Below are positions 9,652 through 20,736 of a stretch of DNA of 64,000 bases, piece after piece (position 1 is the stretch's first letter; the number at the start of each line of letters is the position of its first letter). The DNA is from an archaeon (GTDB lineage: Archaea > Thermoplasmatota > Thermoplasmata > Methanomassiliicoccales > Methanomethylophilaceae): NCBI GenBank assembly GCA_024399275.1, contig JAKSHS010000003.1, forward strand, positions 413 through 64,412, read 5' to 3'. The notes under the pieces are model-generated. The model was not told the origin of the DNA. It made no database searches and saw only the letters and a program-made list of their open reading frames with translations. A program made the position numbers and the translations under genes.

Positions 9652-10971
9652 CTATTCTCCCCAAATTTTTTCAAGCCACCTTTTTATTGTCCTTTCGTAG
9701 CCATTATCGGAGGGAACATAAAATTTTACGCCGTTGAGATCATCTGGCAGATACTGTTGTTTGACGTAATGATTCTCAAAGTTGTGTGGATATTTGTACG
9801 ACACACCTCTTCCAAGTTTTTCAGCGCCTTGGTATTGTGAATCACGTAGATGTGAAGGAATAGCTCCATGTGGTTTTTCTCTGACAGCATTTGTTGCTTT
9901 GTATATAGCATCAACTGCTGAATTACTCTTGGGAGCACAGGCAACGTATGCTGTAGCTTGGGCTAAAATAATCTGTGATTCGGGCATACCAATACGTTCT
10001 ACGGCCTGCGCCGCACAGGTGGCAATAACAATAGCCTGCGGATCCGCATTTGATACATCTTCCGATGCACAAATCATTATGCGCCTTGCTATAAAGTTAA
10101 TATCCTCTCCGGCGTATAACATTCTCGCTAGGTAATATATCGCCGCATCTGGGTCAGAACCGCGCATACTTTTGATAAAAGCAGAAATTGTGTCGTAATG
10201 GCTGTCGCCGCTCTTGTCATAGTTTAGTATGCGTTTCTGAATACATGATGAGGCAACTTCCTTGGTGATGTGTATAATTCCATTTTTGTCACGATCGGTT
10301 GTAAAGAATCCTATTTCTAATGCATTTAATGCAACTCTTGCGTCTCCGTTACATGCCCCTGCGATAAATTCAACCGCGTCGTTGTCAATAACTATATTCT
10401 TTCCTCCAAGACCTTTTTTGTCGTCTACTACTGCGCGTTTGATTAAAAATGATATATTTTCAGGACTGAGGGGATTTAGTTCGAAAATAATAGACCTTGA
10501 AATCAATGATTTATTTACTTCAAAATACGGATTTTCAGTGGTAGCTCCTATTAATGTGATTGTCCCATTTTCTACGAACGGTAAAAGAGAGTCTTGCTGA
10601 CTTTTATTGAATCGGTGTATTTCGTCAATAAATACGATTGTTTTTCTGTTGTGCATCCCAAGATTGTTTTGGGCCAATTTAATAGCATTCTCGATATCTT
10701 TTTTTCCAGCACATGTCGCACTTAACTCTTTGAAAAAAGATTTGGTTGTGTTTGCTATAACTCTAGCTAAAGTTGTCTTTCCGGTTCCAGGAGGCCCATA
10801 GAATATTAGAGAGCCTATCTTGTCCGATCTTATTGCACGTGATAACAGTTTTCCTTCTCCAAGGATGTGTTCCTGACCAACAACTTCGCTTAATGTCGTA
10901 GGTCTCATTCGATCTGCAAGAGGGGCGTCCTTTTGAAGATTTTTCCTCCCAGCGTCGTCAAATAAATCCAT
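9652..10971 (-). CDS. rarA: Replication-associated recombination protein A (MgsA/RarA AAA+ ATPase), bacterial type
   Basis: PLADRMRP, GPPGTGKTT, DEIHRFNKSQQD, HYDTISAFIKSMRGSDPDAA, YKYPH. Confidence 0.93.
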   Translation of the reverse strand: MDLFDDAGRKNLQKDAPLADRMRPTTLSEVVGQEHILGEGKLLSRAIRSDKIGSLIFYGPPGTGKTTLARVIANTTKSFFKELSATCAGKKDIENAIKLAQNNLGMHNRKTIVFIDEIHRFNKSQQDSLLPFVENGTITLIGATTENPYFEVNKSLISRSIIFELNPLSPENISFLIKRAVVDDKKGLGGKNIVIDNDAVEFIAGACNGDARVALNALEIGFFTTDRDKNGIIHITKEVASSCIQKRILNYDKSGDSHYDTISAFIKSMRGSDPDAAIYYLARMLYAGEDINFIARRIMICASEDVSNADPQAIVIATCAAQAVERIGMPESQIILAQATAYVACAPKSNSAVDAIYKATNAVREKPHGAIPSHLRDSQYQGAEKLGRGVSYKYPHNFENHYVKQQYLPDDLNGVKFYVPSDNGYERTIKRWLEKIWGE

Positions 10972-11048
10972 CCTGCCTCACCGACTATACGCCCGCTTGC
11001 TTTAGTGTATGTATGGTCAATATATAGGTAGCACTATCGAGGACGTGG

Positions 11049-11750
11049 ATGATATCCAGTAGAAAATATAAGGCAATATGCTTTGACATGGGCGGTACGT
11101 TGCTAAATACCAAGGTAGACTACGTAAAAATTGCTAACGTCATTTTTGACGAAATGGTGAGAGTCGGCGTTCCTGAGTGTGTCATAGATAGGAATAACGG
11201 ATATCGATTTAACTTAGAAGCTGGAATTTGTTATTTAGATAAGCAGGGAAGAGCTGGTGATGTATTTCGTTTAAGTGAAACAGCAAAAAGAATTGAAAAA
11301 AATGTAGAGATGGAACACGTCGAAGAATCGGAATCATTTGAGGGTTCGTTAGATCTACTCAAAAGGATTCATTTTTTGGGTAAAAAAACGGGTTTGCTTA
11401 CTGGAGCTTATAGAGAATATGCCGTAAAAGCTTGTAAAATATGTGGAGTTTTTGATGAATTGGATGTAATTATTGCAAGAGACGATTATGTAGATTCGGA
11501 AGCGAAACCATCGCCTAAGGCAATGGAACATCTTGCGGAAAAGTTGAATGTTAAAACTAATGAAATTCTATTTTTTGGGGACCATATATACGATTTGCAG
11601 TGCGCAGAAGGTTCAAAAACGGATTTCATTGGCGTTCTTTCAGGCATATATAACAAAAGTGATTGGGAAGACCTGGGCGTTGAGAACATTGTAAGCTCAG
11701 TTACAGATTTTTATAAAGATCTGTTGGCTTCTACGAATGAGGGTCCTTGA
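11049..11750 (+). CDS. HAD-superfamily hydrolase (motif I DxG variant)
   Basis: FDMGGTL, KP.P, GDH.YD motifs. Confidence 0.8.
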   Translation: MISSRKYKAICFDMGGTLLNTKVDYVKIANVIFDEMVRVGVPECVIDRNNGYRFNLEAGICYLDKQGRAGDVFRLSETAKRIEKNVEMEHVEESESFEGSLDLLKRIHFLGKKTGLLTGAYREYAVKACKICGVFDELDVIIARDDYVDSEAKPSPKAMEHLAEKLNVKTNEILFFGDHIYDLQCAEGSKTDFIGVLSGIYNKSDWEDLGVENIVSSVTDFYKDLLASTNEGP

Positions 11751-11823
11751 TACATTCGTGACTTATATTGCATCTACAACGGCGGAGTGTGTTTAGGTGA
11801 GGGCCACAATATAGAATTAGAAG

Positions 11824-11907
11824 TGCAAGGGACGAGATTTGAACTCGCGGACCACTAAGGACTAGCCCCTCAAGCTAGCGTCTTTGGCCAGACTTGACTA
11901 CCCTTGC
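11824..11907 (-). tRNA. tRNA-Leu(GAG)
   Basis: Reverse complement GCAAGGG...CTAGC-TTGAGGG-GCTAG, long variable arm, GAGTTCAAATCTC, CCCTTGC-A. Confidence 0.93.
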
Positions 11908-12042
11908 TCGTTTCCTTCATTGGCCTTCACCTAATAAACTTTATGCCAAATGAGACTTAGACGCTAGGCACGCAATGTTTGCTATTGAAGGGTGGCGTGA
12001 GTTTTAATAAGCCCTATATATCGATTTTGTGCTACTCGCTCT

Positions 12043-12346
12043 TGTCAGGAGAGGAAGAGCGGCTGACGGTAGGATTGATTCCAGCTGAGGAAGTTCCCTC
12101 CTCCATAGGGCAAGGTGGTCCGGGGCAATCCGGGCGGGCGAGAGTTCGGGCAAGGGCTCAGAAACGACACAGCTTCGGCGGAAAGGATGATTTGTGCGGC
12201 AATGACGTTCCCGAAGATTTGATGAAACGGCGACTCCCCATCGGAGCAAGCTCATACAGCCAGGATGAGTGCCCAATGACTGGCGGGTAGAGTGCTTAGT
12301 TGAATGCCGCTTGAAACAGAAGAGGGGCTACTATCCTCACCTGATA
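12043..12346 (+). ncRNA. rnpB: RNase P RNA
   Basis: GAGGAAGTTCCCTC near 5' end and ACAGAAGAGGGGCTACT near 3' end (P4); CAGAAA, TGAAAC and GGAGCAAG conserved regions; P1 pairing TGTCAGG/CCTGATA; TATA box near 12014-12022; GC-rich island. Confidence 0.92.
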
Positions 12347-12377
12347 CCTTTTATTTTTCTATACCATCCCTTACGTT

Positions 12378-13064
12378 GTGAAGATTGATTCTGGATATAA
12401 GGCCATAGGTTTTGACATGGATGGAACACTCGTTGATACGAAAATAAACTATGACGAACTGAATATGGCTGAATTTGATACACTAACGTCTTTGGGAGTT
12501 CCAGTAAAAAAAATTAATGTTACCGAGTCAACAGATGTCGCGATTCGCCAAAGTATAGAATATCTTCGAACAATTGGAAAAGAGTATTCTTTTGATCAAA
12601 TTGAGAAGCTTATAAACAAAAGGGCCGAGGATATTGAAATGAGATCCGTATTTACCGCAAACTGTTTTTCTGGAACGATAGAACTCTTGAAGAGGATAAA
12701 GTCTGCAGGATACCTAATTGGACTACTTACAAGGGGTCAAAGAAAATATGTTGAGAGCGTCATGAAAAAATGTGAAATTATGGGGTATATGGATGCAATA
12801 GACGCTTTCGATGATCATCCTGTAGGACTTCAAAAACCAAACCCTGTAGCTATGAATTTTTTAGCACAGAAATTGGGTGTCAGTGTTAAAGAGATACTTT
12901 ACATTGGAGATAACGTCTGGGATTATTACTGCGCGAGAGATGCGGGCGCGGGCTTCATTGGTGTTGCTTCAGGAAGACACGGAAGAACAAAATGGGACGC
13001 TCTCGATGAAGACGTGTTCGTAGTGGACTCTGTTACCGCTCTCATAGACCTATTTGAGCTATGA
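12378..13064 (+). CDS. HAD-superfamily phosphatase
   Basis: FDMDGTL, LLTRG, KPNP, GDN.WD; paralog of 11049..11750. Confidence 0.85.
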   Translation: MKIDSGYKAIGFDMDGTLVDTKINYDELNMAEFDTLTSLGVPVKKINVTESTDVAIRQSIEYLRTIGKEYSFDQIEKLINKRAEDIEMRSVFTANCFSGTIELLKRIKSAGYLIGLLTRGQRKYVESVMKKCEIMGYMDAIDAFDDHPVGLQKPNPVAMNFLAQKLGVSVKEILYIGDNVWDYYCARDAGAGFIGVASGRHGRTKWDALDEDVFVVDSVTALIDLFEL

Positions 13065-13088
13065 AAAAGGCAGAGGCGCGAGCCTCTG
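13064..13088 (-). terminator. Hairpin terminator between convergent genes
   Basis: CAGAGGC-GCGA-GCCTCTG perfect 7-bp stem, followed by CCTTTTT on the minus strand. Confidence 0.65.
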
Positions 13089-13089
13089 A

Positions 13090-14712
13090 TTACTGGGTTC
13101 CTTTGCCGTATTCTACAACGAGTGATCTTTTTTTCTCTTCTTCGAGTTCGTCGTAGTGGAACCTGCTAATGTTGGACTGGAATATCGTATCCTTTGGAAG
13201 AACTCTCTTGACGTAACACATTAGCTTTGACGCTATGCCCATCAGATTTTTACCAAGGGTAAGTCCAAATCTTGTCCTTCCGCAAACAAGGTGGCCAGGA
13301 TTCATGACGTCATGAGGATCCATAAGCGTTTTGATATCTCTTATAAGACTTGCTGAACCCTCGTCTCTAATGACGTCAAGGTTTGACGCAAAAAATACTC
13401 CAAGCCCAAGTGAACGCCCTCCATATTTCACGCACCTATCGCCCATATAGAAATTGTATGCAAATGCTGCCATACCGAGGAGTGTTTCATCATCCTTGAA
13501 GTAATATGGCATGAACATCGCGGTGCTACGGTCTGATATCATACCAACTATGCCACCAGGCTCCATCTTCATCTTTTCAAAGCCCTTATAACACTCGTCC
13601 ACAAATTCTCCCCAGTGCTGCACTTCTACAATGACTTCGGCTGGAATTGAGCCTACTCCAGCTTTACGGCATCTGTATTCGTAACATCTTTCTTCCCATT
13701 CATGCTCTGCAATATCTGGGGAAACTTTTTTTCCGCCAGCCTTAGAGACAATATCATCAATGACTTTTTCTTCAAGGTCTACGAATTCTGATGCTCCTTG
13801 AAGTGTTACAAGGAATAAATTCTTCACATCAGGTGCATGAATACCAGCTTTTCTTTGATTCTCGAAGTGGTTTTCATCGGACCACGCTACATGAAGTGGT
13901 TTAACGCTAGGATGCTGGACAATCTCTTGGATGGGTTGATGCATGTCTTTTAGAGAGTCGAAGTCATATCCCAGGAATTTAAGAACCCCTTTAGGATAAA
14001 CTCTGAGTGTAACTGTCGCTATGAGACCAAGCGTTCCTTCCGCACCTGCGAAAAGTTGATTGAGATTATAGCCGGACATGTTATTTCCGACGTTATCATA
14101 ACCTGTATTGAGAATCGTTCCATCAGAGAGGACGACTTCAAGGTTCATAAGGCTCTCTCTTGCTCCACCGTACTTGTATCCGCCAATGCCGATTCCGCCT
14201 GTTGAGACCCAACCTCCAAGGGTTGCTGACGGGAAACTCGAGGGTGTTGAACCAACGAGGAGGCCCTCCTTTTCGCATGCATCCATCACTTGCTTCCACG
14301 TGCATCCAGCGTCTGCTTTGACGGTCATATTGACTTTGTCAACGATAATGTTCTTGTTAAATTTGGATGACATGTCGATGAGGATGCCCCCTGCAACAGG
14401 CATAGACCCTCCGAGACCCCACGTTGATGCTCCTCTTGGCGTAAGTGCAACTCCCGTTTTGAATGCAAGGACAGCAATCCTCGAGAGTTGTTTAACCGTT
14501 GAAGGTCTAACAACAACATCAGGAATATTTTTGAACGCGAATCCCGCCTCTTTTGGAAGAGGTGCAAGATCATGGCTGTAAAGCATTCTGTCTATCTCGC
14601 TTGTATTGACATTATCCTTTCCAACTATCTCGCGAAGTTTGTCTATAATTTCAGGTGTAACTTTGCGTGATAACTGCTCATCGCCATTTCCTTCCAATTT
14701 AATACCCTCCAC
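13090..14712 (-). CDS. FAD-binding oxidoreductase (GlcD/D-lactate dehydrogenase-like)
   Basis: PDVVVRP, TPRGAST...GG, ATLGG, GYNL.QLF.GAEGTLG, DP..VMNPG. Confidence 0.88.
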   Translation of the reverse strand: MEGIKLEGNGDEQLSRKVTPEIIDKLREIVGKDNVNTSEIDRMLYSHDLAPLPKEAGFAFKNIPDVVVRPSTVKQLSRIAVLAFKTGVALTPRGASTWGLGGSMPVAGGILIDMSSKFNKNIIVDKVNMTVKADAGCTWKQVMDACEKEGLLVGSTPSSFPSATLGGWVSTGGIGIGGYKYGGARESLMNLEVVLSDGTILNTGYDNVGNNMSGYNLNQLFAGAEGTLGLIATVTLRVYPKGVLKFLGYDFDSLKDMHQPIQEIVQHPSVKPLHVAWSDENHFENQRKAGIHAPDVKNLFLVTLQGASEFVDLEEKVIDDIVSKAGGKKVSPDIAEHEWEERCYEYRCRKAGVGSIPAEVIVEVQHWGEFVDECYKGFEKMKMEPGGIVGMISDRSTAMFMPYYFKDDETLLGMAAFAYNFYMGDRCVKYGGRSLGLGVFFASNLDVIRDEGSASLIRDIKTLMDPHDVMNPGHLVCGRTRFGLTLGKNLMGIASKLMCYVKRVLPKDTIFQSNISRFHYDELEEEKKRSLVVEYGKGTQ

Positions 14713-15015
14713 TTATCAAGTGACTCTCGATTATTCCGTTATTATAGCACTATTTAATAATTCTTTGGACAAGGTCTGATAACACATATTTTCGACCTAT
14801 ATTACGGGATTTGTAATTGCGTAGAAATACACTGTCTTTGTAAATTCCTGTAATAAAAATACGTTGTTTGGTCAGATACTCAGCTTTTTGTTAATAAAAT
14901 ATCTCTTAGGTATATTATACAGCGCTGGTCCTAAAGGCACGTAATAATGTGTATGTATTTTAGACTTTAATGGGCTATTTTCGTAACTTATGAATTCTAT
15001 GAGGTCTGTCCAATC

Positions 15016-15936
15016 CTACCTAGATTCAACCTCTGATTGTGTCTTTATTCGAATGATTGTGCTACTGTCACTAATCTTAGATTCAGATATTTTGGCAATA
15101 TCGCTGAGTTTATGGCCGTAGACTACAAGGTTGTCAAAGTAGCTTTTGTGCTTTTCATAGGGAATCTTAACTCTAAGTCCATCAAGATGAAGAACAATAG
15201 GTGCTGGCCTTAGACTCATATCAATTGGTTCGTACATTTCTAGAAGTTGTTTGAGCTCTGCAGGATGAATAAATAGGGGATCCTCATCCAGTATCTCTTT
15301 TTTCTGTTCTATAATTTTACTAATAGTTGAGCCAATTTCTTCCAGCTTTTTCCTTTCATCTGCGGATTTCATTCTTTCGGCTTTTCGGCCAACACCGGAT
15401 ATAATTGCCTCACAAGAGTCTTCTATCCCTTCAGGTTGAGGGCCACAAACTAACAATACAGGAACATTTATATTTTCAAAAAGATGCTTTTTGAACTCCA
15501 CGCAATGTTGGAAGTTGCCCAACATAAAAACAACTGCGTCGTATTCTTCGAGAATACTTTTTTCGTATAGGGATATTTGAGAGGTTGTTTTCCCTCTACC
15601 TCTTGCAAGACCCATAACTACAGATATGCCTCCATATTCTCTTATCTCCTCAGCTATATCACAGATAGGATGTGGCATATGGTGTCTTCCTAGTGTACAT
15701 CCTACAACAGCTATTTCTGTTCCAGCCAATGGAACATTTTTTACTTGACCACCAATTTCTGTGCATACTTTAGACAAATACTCTCTATCTTCTCTCGGAA
15801 TTGACATAACGACAGACAACATTTGTGCACTTTTCACTTCTTGAAGAATTACCCCGCCACTGTCCTCTATGGCTTCGTAGAGTTCTTTAGAACGGTACAC
15901 TCCTCCGTCGTACATCATAACATCGAACATTAACAC
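15016..15936 (-). CDS. Methanogenesis marker protein 7
   Basis: YDGGVYR, PLAGTEIAVV, HHMPHP.CDIAE, GLARG.G motifs; cluster position. Confidence 0.88.
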   Translation of the reverse strand: MLMFDVMMYDGGVYRSKELYEAIEDSGGVILQEVKSAQMLSVVMSIPREDREYLSKVCTEIGGQVKNVPLAGTEIAVVGCTLGRHHMPHPICDIAEEIREYGGISVVMGLARGRGKTTSQISLYEKSILEEYDAVVFMLGNFQHCVEFKKHLFENINVPVLLVCGPQPEGIEDSCEAIISGVGRKAERMKSADERKKLEEIGSTISKIIEQKKEILDEDPLFIHPAELKQLLEMYEPIDMSLRPAPIVLHLDGLRVKIPYEKHKSYFDNLVVYGHKLSDIAKISESKISDSSTIIRIKTQSEVESR

Positions 15937-16490
15937 ATGCCTCCAAGTGACCTATGAATTTGTCTTCCTTCCTCTATCATTTCTGGTCTCATGATTTCCT
16001 CTGTAGCAATTATAGTTACAACGTTATCATCGGAAATGTTGTGTCTATTTCTGATTCCTTCTGGCATTATTCTCCAAAGTGCACCTATAATCTCTTTTAA
16101 GGAAGCTTCTTCTGAAGATATTGGTAAATTAGCAATTTTGTTTTCATCACCATTGTTAACTACAAGATCGAATCTGGTTTGTTGATCAATGTTACTTTTT
16201 CCGTAATTTTTCCATAGCTGTGAGAGTATTTCCGGAGCAAATTTTTCGTCGATAATGCAAAGATGTGTTTCTTTCCCTTCTTGTCTTATGGATGCGACGT
16301 CTGTTATAGTTTTACCAACAGCTTTATTTGTTAATCTAATGCTAAAAATAAATAGCGGAATATCTGGCTTGAGAACAATCTTTGCTTTGTCTACAACGAT
16401 TGCCTTTCCGACATCGTTCATAATAGTCTTAAATAAGGTTTCGTAAGCATTATTTGCATAGGGGTCTGCGCCTGTTACTTCAACGTTCAT
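15930..16490 (-). CDS. Methanogenesis marker protein 17
   Basis: P.FIF, E...P..L..LW, RIMPEG.R motifs; cluster position. Confidence 0.85.
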   Translation of the reverse strand: MNVEVTGADPYANNAYETLFKTIMNDVGKAIVVDKAKIVLKPDIPLFIFSIRLTNKAVGKTITDVASIRQEGKETHLCIIDEKFAPEILSQLWKNYGKSNIDQQTRFDLVVNNGDENKIANLPISSEEASLKEIIGALWRIMPEGIRNRHNISDDNVVTIIATEEIMRPEMIEEGRQIHRSLGGMC

Positions 16491-16499
16491 ATGATTGCC

Positions 16500-17720
16500 T
16501 CATAGGAATCCAGAACTAAGTAGCGCTCCTCCAACTGCTCCAATGAATTGGGAATCTTGCGGAACGATTGGGTGCTCTCCTAGAACTTCGCCGATTGCTT
16601 TCACAAGACCAATGTTTAGAGACGTCCCTCCAACCTGTATGATTGGATGGCGAACATCAATTTCCTGAAGCTGTTGTTCATATACTTGTTCTGCAACTGA
16701 GTGACATGCTGCAGCGGCGACATCCTCGAATGATTTTCTCTCTCCAAGAGTCGTAACAAGATCCTGAATGCCGAAAACAGAGCAGTAAGAGTTCATCCTA
16801 GCTTTCTTCCATTCTCCTTTAACAGCGTATGTGCCAAGGTCTTTTATGTTAATTTTAAGCCTTTTTGCGGTCATTTCGAGAAAGCGTCCTGATGCTCCTG
16901 CACAAACGCCCCCCATTGTAAAGTTATCAGGAATGCCATCGCGTACGGTGATCGCTTTGTTGTCCATTCCTCCAATGTCAATAATGGTTGCTTCTCCTTT
17001 TTGCTTGTCAGCAAGCCATACTGCTCCTTTAGAATTGACTGTAAGTTCTTCTTGGACTAGTTTTGCTTCAAAGTGTTTTCCGAGTGTAAAACGCCCATAG
17101 CCTGTTGTACCGATAGATTCGATTTCGCGAATGTTGACACCCGCTTGTTTTAAGGCTTCATTGAAAACCTCCGTTGCTGATCGAATAACATCCCCAGTTG
17201 CTGCCCAACATTTGCCGATTATTGCATTATCCCTCATAACAACGGCTTTTGTGGTTGTTGATCCAGAGTCAATACCTGCTGTGAGACCAGTTTGTTTTGT
17301 TCTAGCAAGGATTTCTTTTCTTTCAACGATAGTGACTAACGCCTCCATCCTTGTAAGAAGTTGTGATGCCTTGAGCCTTTCTGTGAAGGAATACGTTACA
17401 ACTGGAAGTCTTGTATTTTCTTGGATAAATCGTCTAAGTTCGTTTCTAACGAGTGCTGCTTCTGCACATCTAAAACATGTAGCAATGAAAACTGAATCTG
17501 CGTCGTATAGCCCGTCTGCGAGTTGTACAGCTCTTGCAATCATGAGTTTAAGTTGAGATGACCTTGGGTTAAGGCCAAATCTTTCGACTGCATCGTTAAT
17601 GTCTTCTGCTGATACATCCGGATAAACGACTTTGGCCCCGACGCTATGTGCAGCTTTTTCTATTTCACACTGTACGCCACTATACTCGGTACCACATGAA
17701 AGTTGGGCAATTTTAATCAC
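16500..17720 (-). CDS. Methanogenesis marker protein 15 (BadF/HgdC-like ASKHA activator ATPase)
   Basis: [55 protein letters not shown]. Confidence 0.9.
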   Translation of the reverse strand: MIKIAQLSCGTEYSGVQCEIEKAAHSVGAKVVYPDVSAEDINDAVERFGLNPRSSQLKLMIARAVQLADGLYDADSVFIATCFRCAEAALVRNELRRFIQENTRLPVVTYSFTERLKASQLLTRMEALVTIVERKEILARTKQTGLTAGIDSGSTTTKAVVMRDNAIIGKCWAATGDVIRSATEVFNEALKQAGVNIREIESIGTTGYGRFTLGKHFEAKLVQEELTVNSKGAVWLADKQKGEATIIDIGGMDNKAITVRDGIPDNFTMGGVCAGASGRFLEMTAKRLKINIKDLGTYAVKGEWKKARMNSYCSVFGIQDLVTTLGERKSFEDVAAAACHSVAEQVYEQQLQEIDVRHPIIQVGGTSLNIGLVKAIGEVLGEHPIVPQDSQFIGAVGGALLSSGFL

Positions 17721-17724
17721 TATT

Positions 17725-18174
17725 TCATCCCCGATTTTTAGTACTCAAGTTCTCAAGAAACTTCTTTGCTTCGGTAACAAAAAATTTTCCTTCTTCTTCC
17801 GTTTTTGGATATATCGTATGAAGGACCGGGATTCCGCGTCTTTTGATTAGATATTTTGCCATAAGGTCGGAACGTTCACAGCCTACACATCCAAATGAGA
17901 ATGGAGCGTCATCCATTATGATTGCAGCATCCGCTTCTTCAATGAGTGTTCCCCATATAGCTAGCCGACCCCTAATGCCAGATGGGACTTCGATGCCTGC
18001 GTATTTGAGACCTCTAACTACATCGTCAAGAGAGACGTTCATCGGAGGCATGTCAATTTCAATACTGTCTATCTTCTCTTGAAGTGCTATCATGACGGTT
18101 AGAGGCTCGTGCCCAAATCTTTCTACTATGTCTGACAGTATTAAGCTATTTGGAGGGTCAATAAATATTTTCAT
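17725..18174 (-). CDS. Methanogenesis marker protein 5
   Basis: [37 protein letters not shown]. Confidence 0.9.
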   Translation of the reverse strand: MKIFIDPPNSLILSDIVERFGHEPLTVMIALQEKIDSIEIDMPPMNVSLDDVVRGLKYAGIEVPSGIRGRLAIWGTLIEEADAAIIMDDAPFSFGCVGCERSDLMAKYLIKRRGIPVLHTIYPKTEEEGKFFVTEAKKFLENLSTKNRG

Positions 18175-18593
18175 TAGTCTACCTCACATATCCTTTGGAA
18201 TTCTGCAACTGAAATCTGTTTTTTCTTTGGCAATTCTGGAATTTGTTCTCCTTTGTCTACCGAATTAAGCCCTATTTCTACATAGGAAAGAGCTTTCCAC
18301 TCAGTTTCTAATTGGGCAAATCCGGGTCGACTACCGTGCTGGGCACGACATCTTTTTGGGTCGCCCATAGGGTATGCCCTGATTTTGGAAAAAATTTCGT
18401 TGGGATGGAGTTTTTTAACTTCGTCGCGGACCTTTCTTACCAACTTACTTGGGCCTTCTATGAGGCATCCATAGCACGTTTCTTTCACAGAAATTTCTAT
18501 TCCCATTGCATGAATTGTGCAATAAAGTTGGTTTGGAGTTATGTGGGACAATGGAGAAAGCATCAGAAGTCTTGTTTCTCTTCCTTCGTTCAT
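18174..18593 (-). CDS. Methanogenesis marker protein 6
   Basis: VKETCYG, R.YP.GD.KRCRA..G.RPGF.QLE.E. Confidence 0.9.
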   Translation of the reverse strand: MNEGRETRLLMLSPLSHITPNQLYCTIHAMGIEISVKETCYGCLIEGPSKLVRKVRDEVKKLHPNEIFSKIRAYPMGDPKRCRAQHGSRPGFAQLETEWKALSYVEIGLNSVDKGEQIPELPKKKQISVAEFQRICEVD

Positions 18594-20107
18594 GATTTTT
18601 CCTCTTTAATATAAATTACAGATTTGTCTTCAGTTTCTGAAACCATTTTATCTAAGTCACCTACAAATCTTCCGAAAATATTCGTTCCGTATTTTTCTTC
18701 GCCAGTTGGACCGTATTCACTGCTATCGTCCAATCTTATCCCTATGAGTCCTGCTTGAGGTCTTGCCCTATTGGTTAAACCTATATCTCCGCGCCTGCAT
18801 TTGTTGAAGGGGTCGTCTGGATACAGATCATTAGCTCTGGAATTGTCGCCATTAAATGTTATCATGTTCATGCCCTCAAAGGAAAAGAATACTGTGAGTA
18901 TCCCTATTGGCTTGTGATTTAACCCTGTGACTTTTTCGAAGTAATGTACACTCATCGGGGATTTCTTTCTATTAAGTTTAACTCCATAGATCTTATCCCT
19001 TGGAAATCCAAAAGTTTCAACCTTTCCTGCCTTTAACACATTCATGGTTATTTCCGGTATTTGTTCCACAACGATGGCGTCGTCACTGGTGTCTCCAGTT
19101 CTCTCTTGGGCAATGTTTCTTAATTTTAGGAATTTTTCTGCTTCAGCTTGAGTCATGCCAATTGATAGCAAACGATTCGGCTTTGTATCAACACTCACTT
19201 CGTCTCCGCTATTGGCTAGCATCAAAATCTGATGTCCTTCGATGACTTTACCGACATTGTTGTGAGATTGAGACACTTGTCTTTTTTTCTTATAGAAAAA
19301 GACGCGCCCTCTTCCTACGCCATCATTTCTTACGGTTACATCCATTTTGTTTCTTATTTGTATGTCTTCTGTTGGAATGGAAATATCTTGGTCGTCAGAG
19401 CACGCTGCATAACTTCCAGTTGCGTCAGAAAGCTTCATTTTGCCTTTTCTTGTCAGTGTAAGAACATGTTCTGCACTTTCTGGTGACTCGCTATTGAGTT
19501 CTATTAAAACACGTGAGTCTACTTTGCATCCATCCCTAAGTTTATAACTTAGATCCTTTGTTAAAATTGCATTTTCTGTACTTTCTTCTAAAATAACAGG
19601 CTTGACACAGATTATACGATTTCCTTCTTCAAGAATATCCAAGATGTGTCTTCCCTTAGTTATATGTCCTATTCGACCTGCACCGGCGCCATATGATTTT
19701 TTATGATCTTCTTTTGCAATCATAAAATATGTTGCATTGTTATCATTTCCTCCAAGTGAAAAGAAACAATCGTAGCGTCTGTACATTCTACTGCTTCTAT
19801 TTACCAGAATTTTTGTTTCAAATGCACCAAATGCATCAATTTTTTCTGTAGTCCACTTCAAGGTTATGTTTCTTATTTGAGAGACTATTTTTTTCCAAAC
19901 TTCTGAATCCTTTCCTTTGTCTAAATGAATAATCATGGATCCTATGTCTGTGACTATTTCAAAATCTTCTGATTTCGATGAAATTTTGTCGTTGGAAAGA
20001 AGTAAAGATACAACGGTGCCTTTGGTGTAACACTCATGTTTAAGAGCATTCCGCAAAGTTGTTCCAGAGGGAAAACTCATCTCTTTCCCATTTACTGTTA
20101 CAATCAT
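18590..20107 (-). CDS. Methanogenesis marker protein 3
   Basis: Cyclophilin-like domains, VTVRN.G.G.G, TGL....IG.L, EYGPTGE....TNI. Confidence 0.88.
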   Translation of the reverse strand: MIVTVNGKEMSFPSGTTLRNALKHECYTKGTVVSLLLSNDKISSKSEDFEIVTDIGSMIIHLDKGKDSEVWKKIVSQIRNITLKWTTEKIDAFGAFETKILVNRSSRMYRRYDCFFSLGGNDNNATYFMIAKEDHKKSYGAGAGRIGHITKGRHILDILEEGNRIICVKPVILEESTENAILTKDLSYKLRDGCKVDSRVLIELNSESPESAEHVLTLTRKGKMKLSDATGSYAACSDDQDISIPTEDIQIRNKMDVTVRNDGVGRGRVFFYKKKRQVSQSHNNVGKVIEGHQILMLANSGDEVSVDTKPNRLLSIGMTQAEAEKFLKLRNIAQERTGDTSDDAIVVEQIPEITMNVLKAGKVETFGFPRDKIYGVKLNRKKSPMSVHYFEKVTGLNHKPIGILTVFFSFEGMNMITFNGDNSRANDLYPDDPFNKCRRGDIGLTNRARPQAGLIGIRLDDSSEYGPTGEEKYGTNIFGRFVGDLDKMVSETEDKSVIYIKEEKS

Positions 20108-20733
20108 TCATCCACCTGTCCTTTGGAATTTGATAGAGCCATCCGGACCTTAGATACTATTTCACTGAGTTTGTCTTGGGAACAGGATATCCCTCTGATA
20201 ACCCCATTAACAATTCCAACGATTGTTCCTTTAGTGCCTATGTTTTCATCTTTTGGCATTACTGTGGACGTTTTGCATCCTATGGCTGCAAAGTCTTCAA
20301 AATCGACAGGGCACTGGCATGCTATGATCGCAGGGATGTCAACGTTTCTTAGAATAAGTCTTGCCTTCCATATTATGTGGCTACGAACATTACCCAGGTG
20401 GATTAGTGCGATTTTGAACTGTTGTATTCTCTCAACTTCGATTGGATCTAACCCCATGCATTGTCCGTGCGATACATCTTTGGCATCAGCGGGTACTCCA
20501 GCACCGGCGTTGAGGACTAGTACTGAGGTGTCAATTCCTTCTTCCCTTAGGGCATAAGTAATTTCACAAACAGGTTTTGTTATATGTCTTCTTCCTGGCC
20601 CCATAGCGATAGCAACAACGTCTGCACCACTTTCGGATATTGTCGCTCTTTGAGCAAGACCCCCTCCTTGGCCCATGCCCATGGATTCACGACATTCGAC
20701 AAAGCTCAGACGTCTTCCGATTTTTGGTTTCAC
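20104..20733 (-). CDS. mcrC: Methyl-coenzyme M reductase operon protein C
   Basis: [40 protein letters not shown]. Confidence 0.93.
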   Translation of the reverse strand: MKPKIGRRLSFVECRESMGMGQGGGLAQRATISESGADVVAIAMGPGRRHITKPVCEITYALREEGIDTSVLVLNAGAGVPADAKDVSHGQCMGLDPIEVERIQQFKIALIHLGNVRSHIIWKARLILRNVDIPAIIACQCPVDFEDFAAIGCKTSTVMPKDENIGTKGTIVGIVNGVIRGISCSQDKLSEIVSKVRMALSNSKGQVDE

Positions 20734-20736
20734 CTC

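Noticed and set aside
11979-12290. ORFs on both strands over the GC-rich island
   Set aside because: Explained by the RNase P RNA gene
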